Below, piece after piece: positions 24,420 through 37,548 of a stretch of DNA of 64,000 nucleotides; position 1 is the first letter of the stretch, and every line of letters starts with the position of its first letter. The notes beneath the pieces were generated by a model. That model was not told the DNA's origin. It saw nothing but the letters and a program-made list of their open reading frames with translations, and ran no database searches. This stretch comes from Tubulanus polymorphus (taxonomy: Eukaryota; Animalia; Nemertea), in contig NC_134028.1 of the NCBI RefSeq assembly GCF_964204645.1, forward strand, positions 4,340,001 through 4,404,000. Reading direction: 5' to 3'. Made by a program: the position numbers and the translations under genes.

Positions 24420-27400
24420 CAGTTTAAAACAGTTTACAGTTTACAGTTTATTTGACAAACTCAAGGTCTACAAATTAGACAATATGAGTGAAAAATAGAA
24501 CATTATACAAAATAACATAGCAGCGAATGCCGTGTTTACACAAATATTTTAGCAATTTTACTTATAAAGATACATAAATTATAAAGTGTTCTGATGTTTT
24601 TTGTCTGCATAAGGGAGGAGAATTTATACTGGTTTGGATAAATTGAAAATTTTCTCTCAATGTACTTGGTCCTTAAAACGTCAAGGGTTGGACAACATAA
24701 TATATAATGATATTCGTCCCCTATAGCACTGTTGCAAAGAGGACAGGTCCTGTTTTCTCTGGGTACTTTCATCCATCTACCAGTTTCAATTGGAAGTTTG
24801 TGGTTACACGTTCTAAATCTACTTAAACTATATAGCAGGTCATCAGGAATGTCCGACGTGTAAATAAACTCCAGGCTATGATTATCTTTGAATAGAGAGT
24901 AATAGTCACCTTTAGGTGATTCCCTTATGGATGCTCTCCATTCTTGGAGGAACTGGTCCATTATTTTTTGTTTTAAAGTAGATTGCAGCCATCTAGTGTT
25001 TGGGAAGGATTGATCATCCCATATATTGTTTAAACCTACAGAATACAGAATATCTTTTACATTTCTAATCCATTTGAAATTTGGAGCTATGCCGTTAATG
25101 TAAAAAGGTCGCATAACTGATTTATACAGAATGCTAGAGAGTTTGTTCTGAGAACTGACTAAATTAGCCCAAAAGGAGACAATTCTAGATTTAATTACTA
25201 TAGAAAGGGGGAATCTACCAGTTTCTCCGTACAACATGAACGTTGGTGTACTATTTCGCGCTTTCAGTACGTGTCTCAGAAAACTTAAGTGAACAGACTC
25301 AATAGAATCTATGTTAGAGAACCCCCAGACTTCACAGCCATATAATAAGACGGGTACCACCGTCTGATCAAATAGTTTTAACTGACAATCTAGAGGAAGA
25401 TTTAGACTATAAGTCTTACAGTATAGAGCGTGTAGTGCCTTTTTTGCTTGTGAGACTAGGTATTTCTTAGTCGACAAAAAACCTCTATTTTGATGTAATA
25501 ATAATCCCAGGTACTTATAGCTGGTAACAACCTCAATATTTTGATTTCCCATGTGGAACTGTTCATTTCCTAAGCCTCTAGAACCAAATATTATAATCTT
25601 TGTTTTTCTAGTATTGACCTTTAGTTTCCATACATTGCAGTATTCATGGAAATTATCTAGGTTGCGCTGAAGTTCTTGCGCATTCTGCGCAAAAATTACC
25701 GTATCGTCCGCGTAGAATAGAATTACCAAGTTTGCATAAACGATGACATCGTTATGATCGGACAAACTGATCCCATTACTGGCTCTATTATGTAAAAATT
25801 CTTCTAAGTCGTTTAAGTACAGGCAGAAAAGAAGCGGTGACATATTTTCACCTTGTCTGACACCTGTCTCACAAGGAAAAAAGGCAGATAGGTTACCATT
25901 AGCTTTCACACATGATTTAACATTGTCATACATGTTCTTCACACAGTTAAGTAATTTACCGTTTATACCATTTGTAAGAAGCTTTTGCCATAGTCCGGCT
26001 CTCCAGACTGTGTCAAAGGCTTTGGTAAAATCTACGAAAGCACAATATAGTTTCTTCTTCTGAGTTTTAATAACTTCAGCTAAAATATGTAAAATGTAGA
26101 GGTTGTCAATTGTCGAGTAACCACGACGAAATCCGGCTTGGTTGTTATGGAGGATGTTGTTTGTTTCAATATAACATGTTAGTCTATTATTAAGTATTGC
26201 TGTAAAAACCTTTCCCAAACAGCTTAAAATGGTGATGGGCCTGTAGTTCTCTGGTAGTTTGTCATTTCCACCTTTAAAGATGGGACAAATGACGCCCTCT
26301 AGCCAAGATTCTGGGAGTATCCCAGTATCTAAAACGATATTAAAGAAGTTTACATAAACTGGGAGCATGATATCCTTAGTGGCTTTTATATGTTCGTTTA
26401 GGATGCCATCACTTCCAGCTGATTTACCATTTTTGAGTAGTTTAATTGCCTTTAAAATTTCCTCCGCAGATATAGCATCATTTAGTGACTCGTTTTCATT
26501 GATCATATCATTTGCTACATTAGGTAATTCTGATCTATCATCTTGCTGCTTATTGGCATCCCGGAAAAATTCATACAAGTCCTCCAGTGGTACTGGAATA
26601 TTAGTGTTTCTAGGGGTGTTTCTGTTTAAAAGCTGCCAGTATTTTTTAGGGTTATGAAGATTAAGGTTTCGAATTTCTCTTTGCATACGCTTTCTGTGTA
26701 AATTCACGTGCTTTCTTATAGTTTTTTTATAACTACGACTGGCTTCGGCAAGATCTGTATGAGTACGGTCGGTTCGAATCCGATTATTAATGCGCTTCTT
26801 AATATGGTACTTTTTCCTTGCATTTCGACATTCATGACCAAACCATGGTTTATCTAGTTTATTAACTTTTGAGGGACAGGGAGAATTCCATTTGTTACCA
26901 AAGGTAATAATACTGGCGTCATTGAATATTTCATTTATAACAGATGATAAGGAATCGATTGCATCTTTATCAAGTACATGCGGGTAAGATAGTAGTGTTT
27001 GTTCGTACTTTTGGGTATTCAAATTGCTAGCAAATTGGTCTGATTTATCTCTTTTCCAAGTTGGCCTATGTTTTACTTTTCGTGTAACTGGCCGTTCATT
27101 GCCTTTATATGGGGTAGGTGGGATACCACTGAGTTTTAGGTTGAAAGAAATAGTACAGTGCACATCGGAGAATAGGTCACAGAAATCATGCACAAAAAAG
27201 TCACACAAAAAATTAAAGCAATTCGGCGAAAGGACTACATAATCGACTACAGACGCGTTTTTGCAAGTTAATTTACCTAATCTACGATCTTTACCGAGTC
27301 GACCGTTTGCTATATAGAGATTACAATTCTTACATAAATCTAAGAGTTTGTGGCCATGGTTATTCACATACTGATCTTGGCTGATACGATCAACTGGAAT

Positions 27401-27805
27401 ATTGAACTGGAAAATTTCGGGCAAGTAATTGGTATTGTTCAAATTGAGTCTTTGCGTCAGGAACTCATCTGGTTCAACAAAGTCGGTAAAATTGCTAGTT
27501 CTTGAGTTGAAGTCACCCATTAGGATTACTGACTCATAATTAGATTGCATTGATATAATTTCGAGTTCAATGTCCGTCCAGCATTCAGGGGTTAGGTATT
27601 TTGAGCCCTCGGGCGGGATGTAGCACATACCGACGCATACGTCACTCGTTGAGTTAGGGAAAAGCTGTTTTGACACTTTAAACCATAGTATGTATTCTGA
27701 TTTAATAGGTAAGACCGTAACACATTCAATGATCGAATCGTGCACAAGGACGGCTATTCCACCAGACACTCTTTTGTACTTTTTACGATTGTTACCAAAG
27801 AAGTG
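24420..27805 (-). mobile_element. Non-LTR retrotransposon (LINE), 5'-truncated; probably RTEX/CR1-L2 group, clade uncertain
   Basis: Long ORF2, ~85-nt 3' UTR with AATAAA (24447-24452) and a (TAAACTG)n tail down to ~24420. The frame hits TAG at 27806-27808 inside the endonuclease N-terminus, as expected of 5' truncation. No clean TSD seen. Confidence 0.93.
24536..27805 (-). CDS. LINE ORF2: partial APE endonuclease, reverse transcriptase and C-terminal Cys/His domain
   Basis: APE motifs SGGIAVLV, YIPP, GDFNSR, DY, SDVH; RT motifs NYRPITIL, QAGFR, FVDFTKAFD, GVRQG..SPLLF, YADD, YKYLG; C-terminal HKLPIETGRW...CPLC...DEYHYILCCP. No internal stops over ~1090 codons and no true start (GTG 27769 is internal). 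Confidence 0.95.
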   Translation of the reverse strand, partial: HFFGNNRKKYKRVSGGIAVLVHDSIIECVTVLPIKSEYILWFKVSKQLFPNSTSDVCVGMCYIPPEGSKYLTPECWTDIELEIISMQSNYESVILMGDFNSRTSNFTDFVEPDEFLTQRLNLNNTNYLPEIFQFNIPVDRISQDQYVNNHGHKLLDLCKNCNLYIANGRLGKDRRLGKLTCKNASVVDYVVLSPNCFNFLCDFFVHDFCDLFSDVHCTISFNLKLSGIPPTPYKGNERPVTRKVKHRPTWKRDKSDQFASNLNTQKYEQTLLSYPHVLDKDAIDSLSSVINEIFNDASIITFGNKWNSPCPSKVNKLDKPWFGHECRNARKKYHIKKRINNRIRTDRTHTDLAEASRSYKKTIRKHVNLHRKRMQREIRNLNLHNPKKYWQLLNRNTPRNTNIPVPLEDLYEFFRDANKQQDDRSELPNVANDMINENESLNDAISAEEILKAIKLLKNGKSAGSDGILNEHIKATKDIMLPVYVNFFNIVLDTGILPESWLEGVICPIFKGGNDKLPENYRPITILSCLGKVFTAILNNRLTCYIETNNILHNNQAGFRRGYSTIDNLYILHILAEVIKTQKKKLYCAFVDFTKAFDTVWRAGLWQKLLTNGINGKLLNCVKNMYDNVKSCVKANGNLSAFFPCETGVRQGENMSPLLFCLYLNDLEEFLHNRASNGISLSDHNDVIVYANLVILFYADDTVIFAQNAQELQRNLDNFHEYCNVWKLKVNTRKTKIIIFGSRGLGNEQFHMGNQNIEVVTSYKYLGLLLHQNRGFLSTKKYLVSQAKKALHALYCKTYSLNLPLDCQLKLFDQTVVPVLLYGCEVWGFSNIDSIESVHLSFLRHVLKARNSTPTFMLYGETGRFPLSIVIKSRIVSFWANLVSSQNKLSSILYKSVMRPFYINGIAPNFKWIRNVKDILYSVGLNNIWDDQSFPNTRWLQSTLKQKIMDQFLQEWRASIRESPKGDYYSLFKDNHSLEFIYTSDIPDDLLYSLSRFRTCNHKLPIETGRWMKVPRENRTCPLCNSAIGDEYHYILCCPTLDVLRTKYIERKFSIYPNQYKFSSLMQTKNIRTLYNLCIFISKIAKIFV

Positions 27806-30800
27806 CTATACTCACAACCGCTATACTCCACCCAGTTAGATTGAAGGCTCGAAATAGGTGTAATTGAAGCAAATATTCGGGTTTGCCCATTTGACGAATA
27901 TCATTCGTGAATACTTCTCAGAATACATGCAGTTAATATTATCATATATCATGGATATCATAATTACGAGATATTAGAATCACCTACCGTCCTCGTGATA
28001 TATCTATCTTTAAGTTCACTATCAAACATTTCGTTGCTTAAAAGTTTTCGAGCCCGCTTTAAGCTTCGAGAAATATTTGATATTTACTTAGCAGATTTGC
28101 CCATTCATTTTCTTCGACGAGATGCAAATGCTGAACTTTCGAAATTGAAATTCGACAAGCAATGCGGTAAATAAGCTGCAACTATTGGGTGAAAATTCAA
28201 ATCTGTATGAAACAGTCTATAAACGATAGTGATAACGATTGAATTGTTTTCACCTACGTGATAATAGTATTGTGCATTGATAATTATAATTCATCATGAC
28301 GCAATAGAAATGTACATCAAAAATTTCGCCGCAGTTTAGTCTCGGGTCAATACGAATCTAACGAATGTTCTTTTTCGAAATAGATTCTGCAGCGATCGTT
28401 TGCGAAAAGGTAGAAAAGCAATATTCGATAACTGAGAATACGTCGACGAGCTCGTAAACCCTGGTAGGAATCGTCAAAAATGACCTTTCCGGCAAAACTG
28501 TAAAAGGAACATGACCGAAACGCGTCGTCACCAATCAGTGACGATGTAGTAAATCCTGCTGTTTGATGTTCTCTCCAGGGTATTCGGTTATTGGTTGTAT
28601 TTTTTTCAGATTTTCTTCCTTGATTAAGGCGGCTATGTTATCGTTTATTTTTTCCGCCTTTTACGTAAATGTCACACGAGAAGCATCGTTTTTCTCGGCC
28701 TTTATCAGCGGTTCCGCCGTGAGTTCGCGCTTTTCATCTATCAATATTGAGTATTCGACTCACCACATTTAAGAACACCTTTGGGTCAGATTAGAATACT
28801 AAACAAGGGTATTCTAAGGTTATATTAGCTTATTTATGTATATTGTATAGTCGAATCTCATGCATTGCAGATTCAGGTATTTGCAGATAACGTAGAAAAT
28901 TGCGAAGAAATTGAAAATTGCGAGCTCGATAAGTTCGAGTTCGAGGTATTTTTACTACAAATACTACTTACATGGGTTGAATAACATTCCTGTTCAGAAC
29001 ATCTCCGATGCGAACGTTGTGAAATAAGCGTGAAAAACTGAACGTGTTCCAGTTGAAATTGTGCCGATAATTGCTGTTGTCCGCCATCGCAGTTCGCTTT
29101 CAACGTTTCAGCGTTAATCTTGGAGAAACAAAAAAACCTGTCGTTGGAAATTATGTGCAACCGTAAAAACGAAATCCGTTGTCAAAGCAACCTGACAGGT
29201 AGAAGAATTATGAAATAAACTGTGTTTGTGTCAGTTTTATACCGGAGACTGTAACACAGATTCCGATCCGATTTTGTTCCAGTTCTGTTTATTCTGACGT
29301 GAGATGCGCCGCGCACAGACGAAAGCAACTTTCACCAACAAGAGACCTCGTGACAGAGTGATCAAATGCGTCACGGTGAGAGCTATTTCTGGGCGACACG
29401 GGCTGCACCAATGAACTAACAAAGCCTTCCCCCGGTTGATATTGATAAACAGGTGCATAAAAAAACTTGAAAACTCTGGTCACATGGCGCATCTTTCTTA
29501 CAGCGACACCAGCGGTTAAGAAGCACCCATGCGCGATTCATACAGCAACCGGAAAACGGAATATGCGAGCCCGTTTTTCTATAATGAATAAGAAATATCT
29601 CGGATGCGGAAACTGCGGAATCTATTCCGATGAACCGATGTATCTGAATGTGGTTTTACCGCGGTGGTGTTAATATGAAACCGTCTTATACGACGTGAGA
29701 GGAGGCGATCTCCAGTGAGAGCAGCCATCAGCGAACTACACGTCAGTGAATGAATGAATAACTTCCGAGACAACTTCCCCGTCTTACAGTACATACAATT
29801 CCATCCGTTTGACCATCAAACCGCCGACAATGAAATACAGAATTCTGGATTGTGACGATTATCAAAATGAATGAAGTTCTGATAATATTAGCATTGATGA
29901 ACCACTCTGTCCGCATTGTAAAGATAAGATAGGAAATCCCACAATGACTATGACTATCAATGAACGACATAGCAGTTTATTCTTTAACGTCTACTATTTC
30001 AAAACGTTGAAAAAAAACTATACTAGCCTAAGAACACGTTTCGTTCTTTGTGTTGAATTTTAATATTTAGTTGTAATAAATCATCCCCACCCGCCAGGAA
30101 CAACAGCTCACAGAATGATGCATCTATCTATACAAGTTACACCATCATTCATTCCTCGTGGAATTTTCCACAGTTTTTCTTTTGAAAAATGATTTCCACC
30201 AAAATGATATCGTCGTCTGCACAGCGGAGCACATTCGACGTCGTGACGCAACAGCCGATAAAAACACGTTCTCTCTTCGATGGTGGTATTAAATTCAATT
30301 AGTAGAAGCGGCAACCAGGTTTTTTTTCTTCATTTCATCCAAGATAAGCCTAGCTGTAGTCGTTACGGTATACGTGCTAACTGCCGTATAGAATGTCGAG
30401 AAAACAAGACACAGCCATTGATTGAAAACAGCGATTCCTAAATCTAATCACTAAACAGAGACCGATCTTAAGAAGGGGATATTCCTGATTAAATAATACT
30501 CATGTAAAATCTGAAAATGAAAGTTGATCATGGAAGCGAATCTTAATCATTTTCTCCGTGTTCCATCTACGCGCTGTGCATCAGGATTCATTTCTGCTAT
30601 TTTGCCCGTGTTCAGAGATTCCGCTGAAAAATGATCAGCTATTTTTGCTTGTGTGTGTGAGTGAGTATATACATATAGTCTGGCAGAAAGATTATTATTC
30701 CGGGTGGTGTCTCGATATCGTATGTCACAGGATGATTGGTGTATTTTTTTGTGTGGTATCATTTGGTAGCGATCAACATTTACCAATGCGCTACCATACA

Positions 30801-30956
30801 CTGATTAAGGAGACCTTGACAAACATTGGTGAATAGTCACTTCAGCAGTTTGACATTCCGCAGTCAGAAGACGAGGGCTGTCCCTCAATAACCTTCGGAC
30901 CTGATAAACATTCAACATTCGTCAAACTGGCCAGAAAAGGATGAGAAATAAAGATC

Positions 30957-31037
30957 TGGGTGGCGTTAACTCAATTGTAAATGAATTGAGTTAGCCCTAG
31001 GGCTAAAGTTAATACCAGTCTATAAAACCGGGCTCTG
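30957..31037. mobile_element. MITE family 2 partial copy
   Basis: GTTAACTC...GAGTTAGCCC...AAAGTTAATACCAGTCTATAAAACCGGGC matches 14732-14806. Confidence 0.65.
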
Positions 31038-34000
31038 GTATACAAATAAACAACGGCGAATGAACATAATATCTAATGAATTAAGATTTAAATATCAATG
31101 CATGAAAACAAAATTTCAGCTAATATTTCTTCTTAAGATTATTAGATTATTCATGTATTCATTGTAATTTGTTTATATTTTTCAAAAGGAAGTTACTTAA
31201 CAAAAATACGATAAGATGAATGTCTTATGCTGGTTTTTGAATAATTGTTATCGGGCCCGAAGTCTGGATATACAGTTTTTTCGGAAATATTTTGAATATT
31301 CTAAAATCGTCGCCAAGACAATCGACGAAAGTAGTAACTATCTCGGCCAATCATTGCATTAACACGCGTTGCAATCAAAAGAAGCATTTCCTCGGTGTTA
31401 CGTTACTCCTTCATTTTTTTACTGTAATTCGCCAGCACTCGGCGAGCGAGACGGCTTGTCGCTCTCTCTTTCTCTCTCCTGGCATTCCGGCTTAAGATCA
31501 ATTTTCTTTGTATACGTTTATTTATTACGAACTGGGCTCATAACGAGAGATCGTGAGGACAAATAACGTCTGAAAATTACCGTACTATTACCCCGTCTCT
31601 TATAACAGTTTTGCTGAGTTAGCCGTAATTTCATCAAGTCTGACAATATTTGGCCATTTCTATTAAGGCGTGGACTCGTTTATCACAGCACTGATCGCGC
31701 GCAGTTCGTCGTGTTCGTCGCTAATTTCATGAGGCAATAATCCAAGCCGCCTTCGGATCGGCGGTAAGTGAATATCGCCAAGTCAGGGCACGATCTTCCA
31801 GACCCAACGGGAAACAACAGAGTAGTATCCCGTAATATTCGTCGAGTGCTATACACGGGACTGGAATTATCCCGATGGTGTTCTAAATTTATTTTTTCTA
31901 AACTCCATTAATCGAAGTAACACCAAACGCCGGCGGTGGAATAAACTTGTCTATCAGGGGTAATAGCTATGTGCGACCACGGCGTGTATCCTACCATATA
32001 TCAACATGATTATGCATAAATATATCATGACTTTATTTATTATCGAAAGTCCTAAAATATTTTCGCATAGTCCCGATAACTTTCTCAACTAGTGCATAAA
32101 CCCGATAGATTATTCGATCTTCGATGAAATAACTTTTTTTCCTGGGTTTAAACCCCATACACCTTTCAACTCATTTAAGTAAACTAGCTGGGTATGTGGC
32201 TATACCAGACACCAGAATCAAACCAACATGTCATTAGTGGAGCAGTGGCAGAATTTTTCAATTTACGTGCGTGTCTACACTAGAGCTGCGACAAATCTTC
32301 TTAAAGAAGCAGATCAAACGGTTTATCCTAAGCAGCTGCAGATGAAAGTATACTATTGCCTATATTAAGACGGACAGGTGTCTGATTTGGTATGTCTTTA
32401 AGCATTTTCTCTTTAGCTGAGCTCGAAAAGTACTCTGGTAATATTAAAGGGCATATGCCCAATAGATTAGGTAATACGTGCACAAGTATAATTTACGTGT
32501 AAAAATTGCATACGGGTTTCCTATGTGACCAAACAACTAACCGAGTGCTCAAGAGTGCCCAGACGACCCCAAAAGATAAACCTATGCACTTCGAGTTCCG
32601 ATTTAAAAATAAAGCCCCCTGTTTAGTTTCAGGTGTAACTGGCGGGTTTGTAAGGGACACTCGAAGATGAGCATTACATCAGATGGAATTCAAATGAATC
32701 AACCACATAAATAAGAGGGGCAATTCCGTCAAGATCAAAAGTACCTAGAAGGAAAAACAAGTTTCAAATTTTGTCAATTGTCACGTATTTTGTCACTGTT
32801 ATCTTTTCATTTCCTCGCCTTTTGCGAAGCGAGGTGATTAATGCCTTTTAACGGCGCAATTAGCACGAGGAGCTGAGTTGGTTTCCAATCGCTGACGCTC
32901 ATTATTTGAATCTGATCCGATTACGAACATTTCGTCATTAGCACCGAGACATCGACAGCGAAATCTCGGCGCTCATCTTAATTACGTCATGACTTATAGT
33001 GCATTGGACGTTAGAACGAGAGAAAGACAGTGTCGCAGTAAAACTGTTGTCGCATACTAAACGACGCATCTCTCTTCACCGATTGCAGAGAAGATTTAAC
33101 ATGCCTTCTCTGCTTTGCCTTTGTTGTTGAGCGCTTCAGTTGTTTTCGGTCTTTTCTTACTTTTTTTTAATTTCCGATTGGAGCGCCTGCGCTTATACTT
33201 TACACCAACCAAAGTCGAATCTTTTCTAAGTTACGAACCTCGTGGCCTTTTTGTGCATACTGATTCATCGTGGCATGTGACGGATCTAATATCGTATTCA
33301 ATGTGTCTAGATGCAAAATAATCCTCAGAATTTTGTCGTGGACAATCATGATAGCCTAGATGCAATTTCACATTAGCGTCTCTTGGCGTCTCTTTTTACA
33401 TAATGTGCAAAATATGAAGCTGATAATGGTGAAATACCATCCAGCTTATTCCCATTAAAACATTGGGACATGCACAGCGTTCCTGAATATACTAAATGAG
33501 GCCAGAGACTAGTTTATAGGCCTTTTTTAAATGCTTGAATACCGGACAGTTTTTTACGGCGATAAACAAGGGGCTAAATAAAACTAGGAATTTTTTTCCT
33601 CTGTAGACGAAATAACCTGTTGCTTGTGCGTTGTTTTTCGCTCTGTCGAACTGAAGCCAGTGAATAGAGGACCATCTTCGTACGTAGCACTTATATAATC
33701 TGAGTGAATGGCAGGCTAATGCAATCGATTCGAAATCGGTCCCGAATGTCTCCGTGAATGAACGTGAATCGACTCGCAAACGCGCCGGAATTATTCAGGC
33801 TGGCGGATAAAGAGTGACAAGCGTCTACAGGCGCCATGTCTGCAGGAACGATCAAATGGAAATATTGTCGCAAATTTTCGACGCATTTCACACCGAGAAC
33901 TCAACACCGAGATAATTAAATTTCACGTCGTTCGCGAATTACGTGTACATAAGTATACAATACACATGCTCAATTCTAGAATTCCTGTTTAGATGGATTC

Positions 34001-35706
34001 GTGTATCTGACGCCTTAAGTTACGTCAGGTAAAAACTTTAAGATGATAACAGGAAACATGACAAGGTCAATGAGAGGTTAAAACCTGCAGAGAGCTAATA
34101 CCCTTGTTGATGTTTCTCTTCGAAGCGAAGACAAGACTTAACGATTGATATTTGCCGATGTTAACGAATGAATGTGCAGATCACCGAATTGTTTACAAAC
34201 AACACGAGCTAAGCCGTCAGATCATCGTAGATACCTGCTTACGTTGACAATTTCAGCGGATGACTTCATTCGCCCGAGTCGCTGTTGCGGCAATCGAATC
34301 CTGCCGCTCCCGCGTAAACAGGATGACAAACGAGGTGGGGGTAGAATTGAAACGGACGTAATCACCAGAACGCATCCGATCCGCCACGTACATAATATCG
34401 GAATTATTTTTTATTCAACAAAGAAACCTCCAGCATCCATTAACGTTTTTAGCATCGAAAACAAGTTCGAAATGGTAATTAACACGGGGGCCCAAAACAC
34501 GATCTTTAGAAATATTAATTATAAGTAGTGAGACGGACAAGCGGGCGTTATGAAACGAGCATGTATAATGCACGGGTTCGTATATAATAAGAATATTTCA
34601 CGGTTTCAGAAAACGTATAACAGATGATGTTGACAGCGTCTTTGTTGTTTGAGAGGCATTTCGCCAGCGCGAGCGTCCGTTGCTTCTGATGGTTTTCATC
34701 ATTCGATGTTAATACCAGCGAAATGAGATCTATTCACAGCTCGATGATCTTATACCCGCGAATTAAAGGTAAAGTTTCCGGCAGCGTTTGCGTTTTTTCT
34801 ATTCTATTGTATATTCATATGGAAGTTGCAGCTACGCCGAAAGGGGAGCAGCAAGGTGATAATATGCGTCGCGTAGAAAATGAGAATTTAGAGAGAGAGC
34901 TCCGCGTATATCATTTTCAACGTTGAGAATTACATGAACTTACCTCACCGGTTCGAGCATCTTCTAACGCCGTCTGAGTAATGAATGACCACGTATTTAC
35001 CCCTAAATGCTGCTCGTTACCCTTTATCATAGATCTACCCTTACGAAACGTAGTACCCCGATATACCGTTTGGGAGCAATAACTAAATAACACGCGGTAC
35101 ACACCATGAAACTACGATTCCCCAGACAGTTCACATAGATTACACATACAGACATTAACGTTATCTGTGATATCAAATTTAACGTCCTTGGGAACAGAAC
35201 CGGTGGTGACGACCGTATTCATCTTGCGGGAATAAACGTTCCATACTACATTTGCATAATGAGTCAGTTGTTCTCATATTGTCTATCTGTTGAAAGGTCT
35301 ATAGGCCTGCAGTAACAGTATTGGGAATAAACTTTTCGATTCGAAAAGCCTCCTTTTTCGAAACCCCAAACTGTACTAGGACTTAATCGCTTTTAGAGTT
35401 TTACTTTCGATAGCCAGGCGCGCGCTCATACCTTACGGTAACTATTATGGTAGCTCTAGTCGTAATGATCTCGTCTCACTTAGCACAAGACGTACTTGTG
35501 TTCTTGAAATGTCGGAGAGTGGTCTGATAGGGCTAGATCCATGACATCTCGAGTTTCATCTACAAGTCGGAGATGCGGTAAGGGACGTTGTGCATTAAGA
35601 CAATGAAAATTGTCAAACAGTCGTTTCTTTCTGTGATGGCTCTATCGCCAGGCTACAATGCCGCAAGTATACTGCCCTGATATTTCAGTCGGTGACAACT
35701 TTAAAT

Positions 35707-35817
35707 GGCGCGTTCACACGACGAAATTTAGACCGGTCTAAATTTGGCCCGGGCCAATTTAGACCGGACCAAGCGTTCACACGGGCAAAAATACCGTTCC
35801 AAATTAGACCGGTCTAG
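35707..35817. mobile_element. End fragment of a Harbinger-like DNA transposon
   Basis: GGCGCGTTCACACG terminus followed by repeated palindromic TTTAGACCGGTCTAAA and TTGGCCCGGGCCAA motifs related to family 1. Confidence 0.55.
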
Positions 35818-36518
35818 TAAGGTTACAAAACCAGTGCAATAAGTTTTGGGCAACTATGGTCATTAAACCTATTGAAACTATCTTCATTAAAATCACGATC
35901 AATAGTCAAAGTACTACACGCAAGGAAATATTGGGAATTCAGTAAATTTGATGAATGAAGGAGCCCGACACTCTATTATAGCCAGTAGATCAGGGCTTAC
36001 GCCGCTGTTTCGATCCATTATACGTTTATTTGCTCGGTAAAGGTCTCCAGTACGTAGTATAAGTCGCAATACTGTTCTGTCATTAACGCAGATCGGAAAT
36101 TGTCGCCTTCATCCAACGGTTTGGAAACAATGAAACTTGTGGTGCGATCGACGAATGGCGAATTTCCGTCGCATAACGAGATGTCTAACAATTGGACAGA
36201 GCGTTTATAGCGTACACTTATGTCTAATGAAAAGTCGCCGTAAGATTATTGAAACGATAATAAGTACGCCAAGAGTGTTCTGAAATTGGGCTCTTATCGA
36301 CATAACTTCATAAACGTTCATCTCAGGCAATTCACTTTCAAACTCATTACGGTGTAGTGGTTTGATGGCACAAGGTCAGTGGCGTTGGTACGGACGATCA
36401 TATTCACCGACTCTACTGTAATTTCCAAGTGTTACACAATCTGAATAATCTTTCTGTATTTCCCCTTTCGTAAGTTGCTGGCGTCAATCAGCTATTTGGC
36501 ATTGTTGGGCCTGCATAC

Positions 36519-36799
36519 GCCACGATCACACGAGCAAAATTTGGCCCGGGTCAAAAACGCTCGTTTAGCCCGACCATAAACGTCGGACCAGGCCCAAGCC
36601 AAATTTTAGCACGGGACAAAATAATTATTTGAATTACGTTCCGGAAATGACGCACTCCACTTTGTTCAAGCATTCTTTAGTATCGAATGAGTGGTCTGCG
36701 TGTGAACGCTCTCTCTTATTACACATGGGCCAAATTTGGCTCGAATCTGATCCGTGCCTATTTGGCCCGGGCTAAAAATCCTCTCCGTGTGCTCACGGC
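36519..36799. mobile_element. MITE family 1 copy (PIF/Harbinger-like)
   Basis: Termini GCCACGATCACACG / CGTGTGCTCACGGC, repeated TTTGGCCCGGG subterminal motifs, homology to 23973-24294. Confidence 0.7.
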
Positions 36800-37424
36800 T
36801 AGTGTAAAAATATTTTCCATGCAAATAAAGTAAATAGTATTGTGAGGCGTCATTTTTCTAAGATGGCCACAGATTACTTTACAATTTTAGAAAGAAAAAT
36901 GTTCTTGGCCCTCTACCGGCCTTGTGGTACCGCATTACTATACGATGAGTGAAATGAAAAAAAAACTGATGCACATGACATGTATTGTACGCGTAGCATC
37001 GTGAATATTGCTTTTCAGGAACCATTATCTCGTTAAAGGGAAATTAAATCTGTCTTCTTTAATACAAATACAGCGGAGTCGTAATTACACCGCACCACGT
37101 CGTAAATGTTTCAGGCCACGTTCTCGCGATTGCAATTAATGCAGTAACATCACGCGTGGTAAATAATACCCCAATTAACTACCACTTTGTCGCAGCAGAT
37201 CGTTTAGCGATGATTAATATGCCGAAAATACAGTGTTTTCCGTCTCAAGATTATGCCGCCTGTGAATGATTCGCTGAAGAAAGACCTGACTGTAATATAT
37301 ATGACATAGGGATAGAGTCACATTCACGCTATATCGCTTGTTCGTCCGTTCTAAAAAAATGGTACGGACTAATTTAGAGGAAACTTAGTGTGAGGGCTTA
37401 TGGTTGTATAGATCTAGCAACCTT

Positions 37425-37548
37425 GTTAAAAAGATCGAAAATCTGTTCGTTATAACCAAAAGTTCGCTATATCTATTTGGGAAGAAATTTTATGTTTGTA
37501 ATAACCGATAAATCGTAATATAAGAGGCTGTTATAACGGGTTCCACTG
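37425..37548. mobile_element. Right-end fragment of a Tc1/pogo-like MITE
   Basis: Repeated TTCGTTATAAC-type motifs ending in GGGTTCCACTG, the reverse complement of the CAGTGGAA terminus seen at 8132. Confidence 0.45.

Noticed and set aside
26770-26782. GGTTCGAATCC tRNA B-box
   Set aside because: It lies inside LINE ORF2 with no cloverleaf or A-box.
26367-27242. Plus-strand ORFs inside the LINE
   Set aside because: They are antisense to ORF2 and carry no recognisable motifs.
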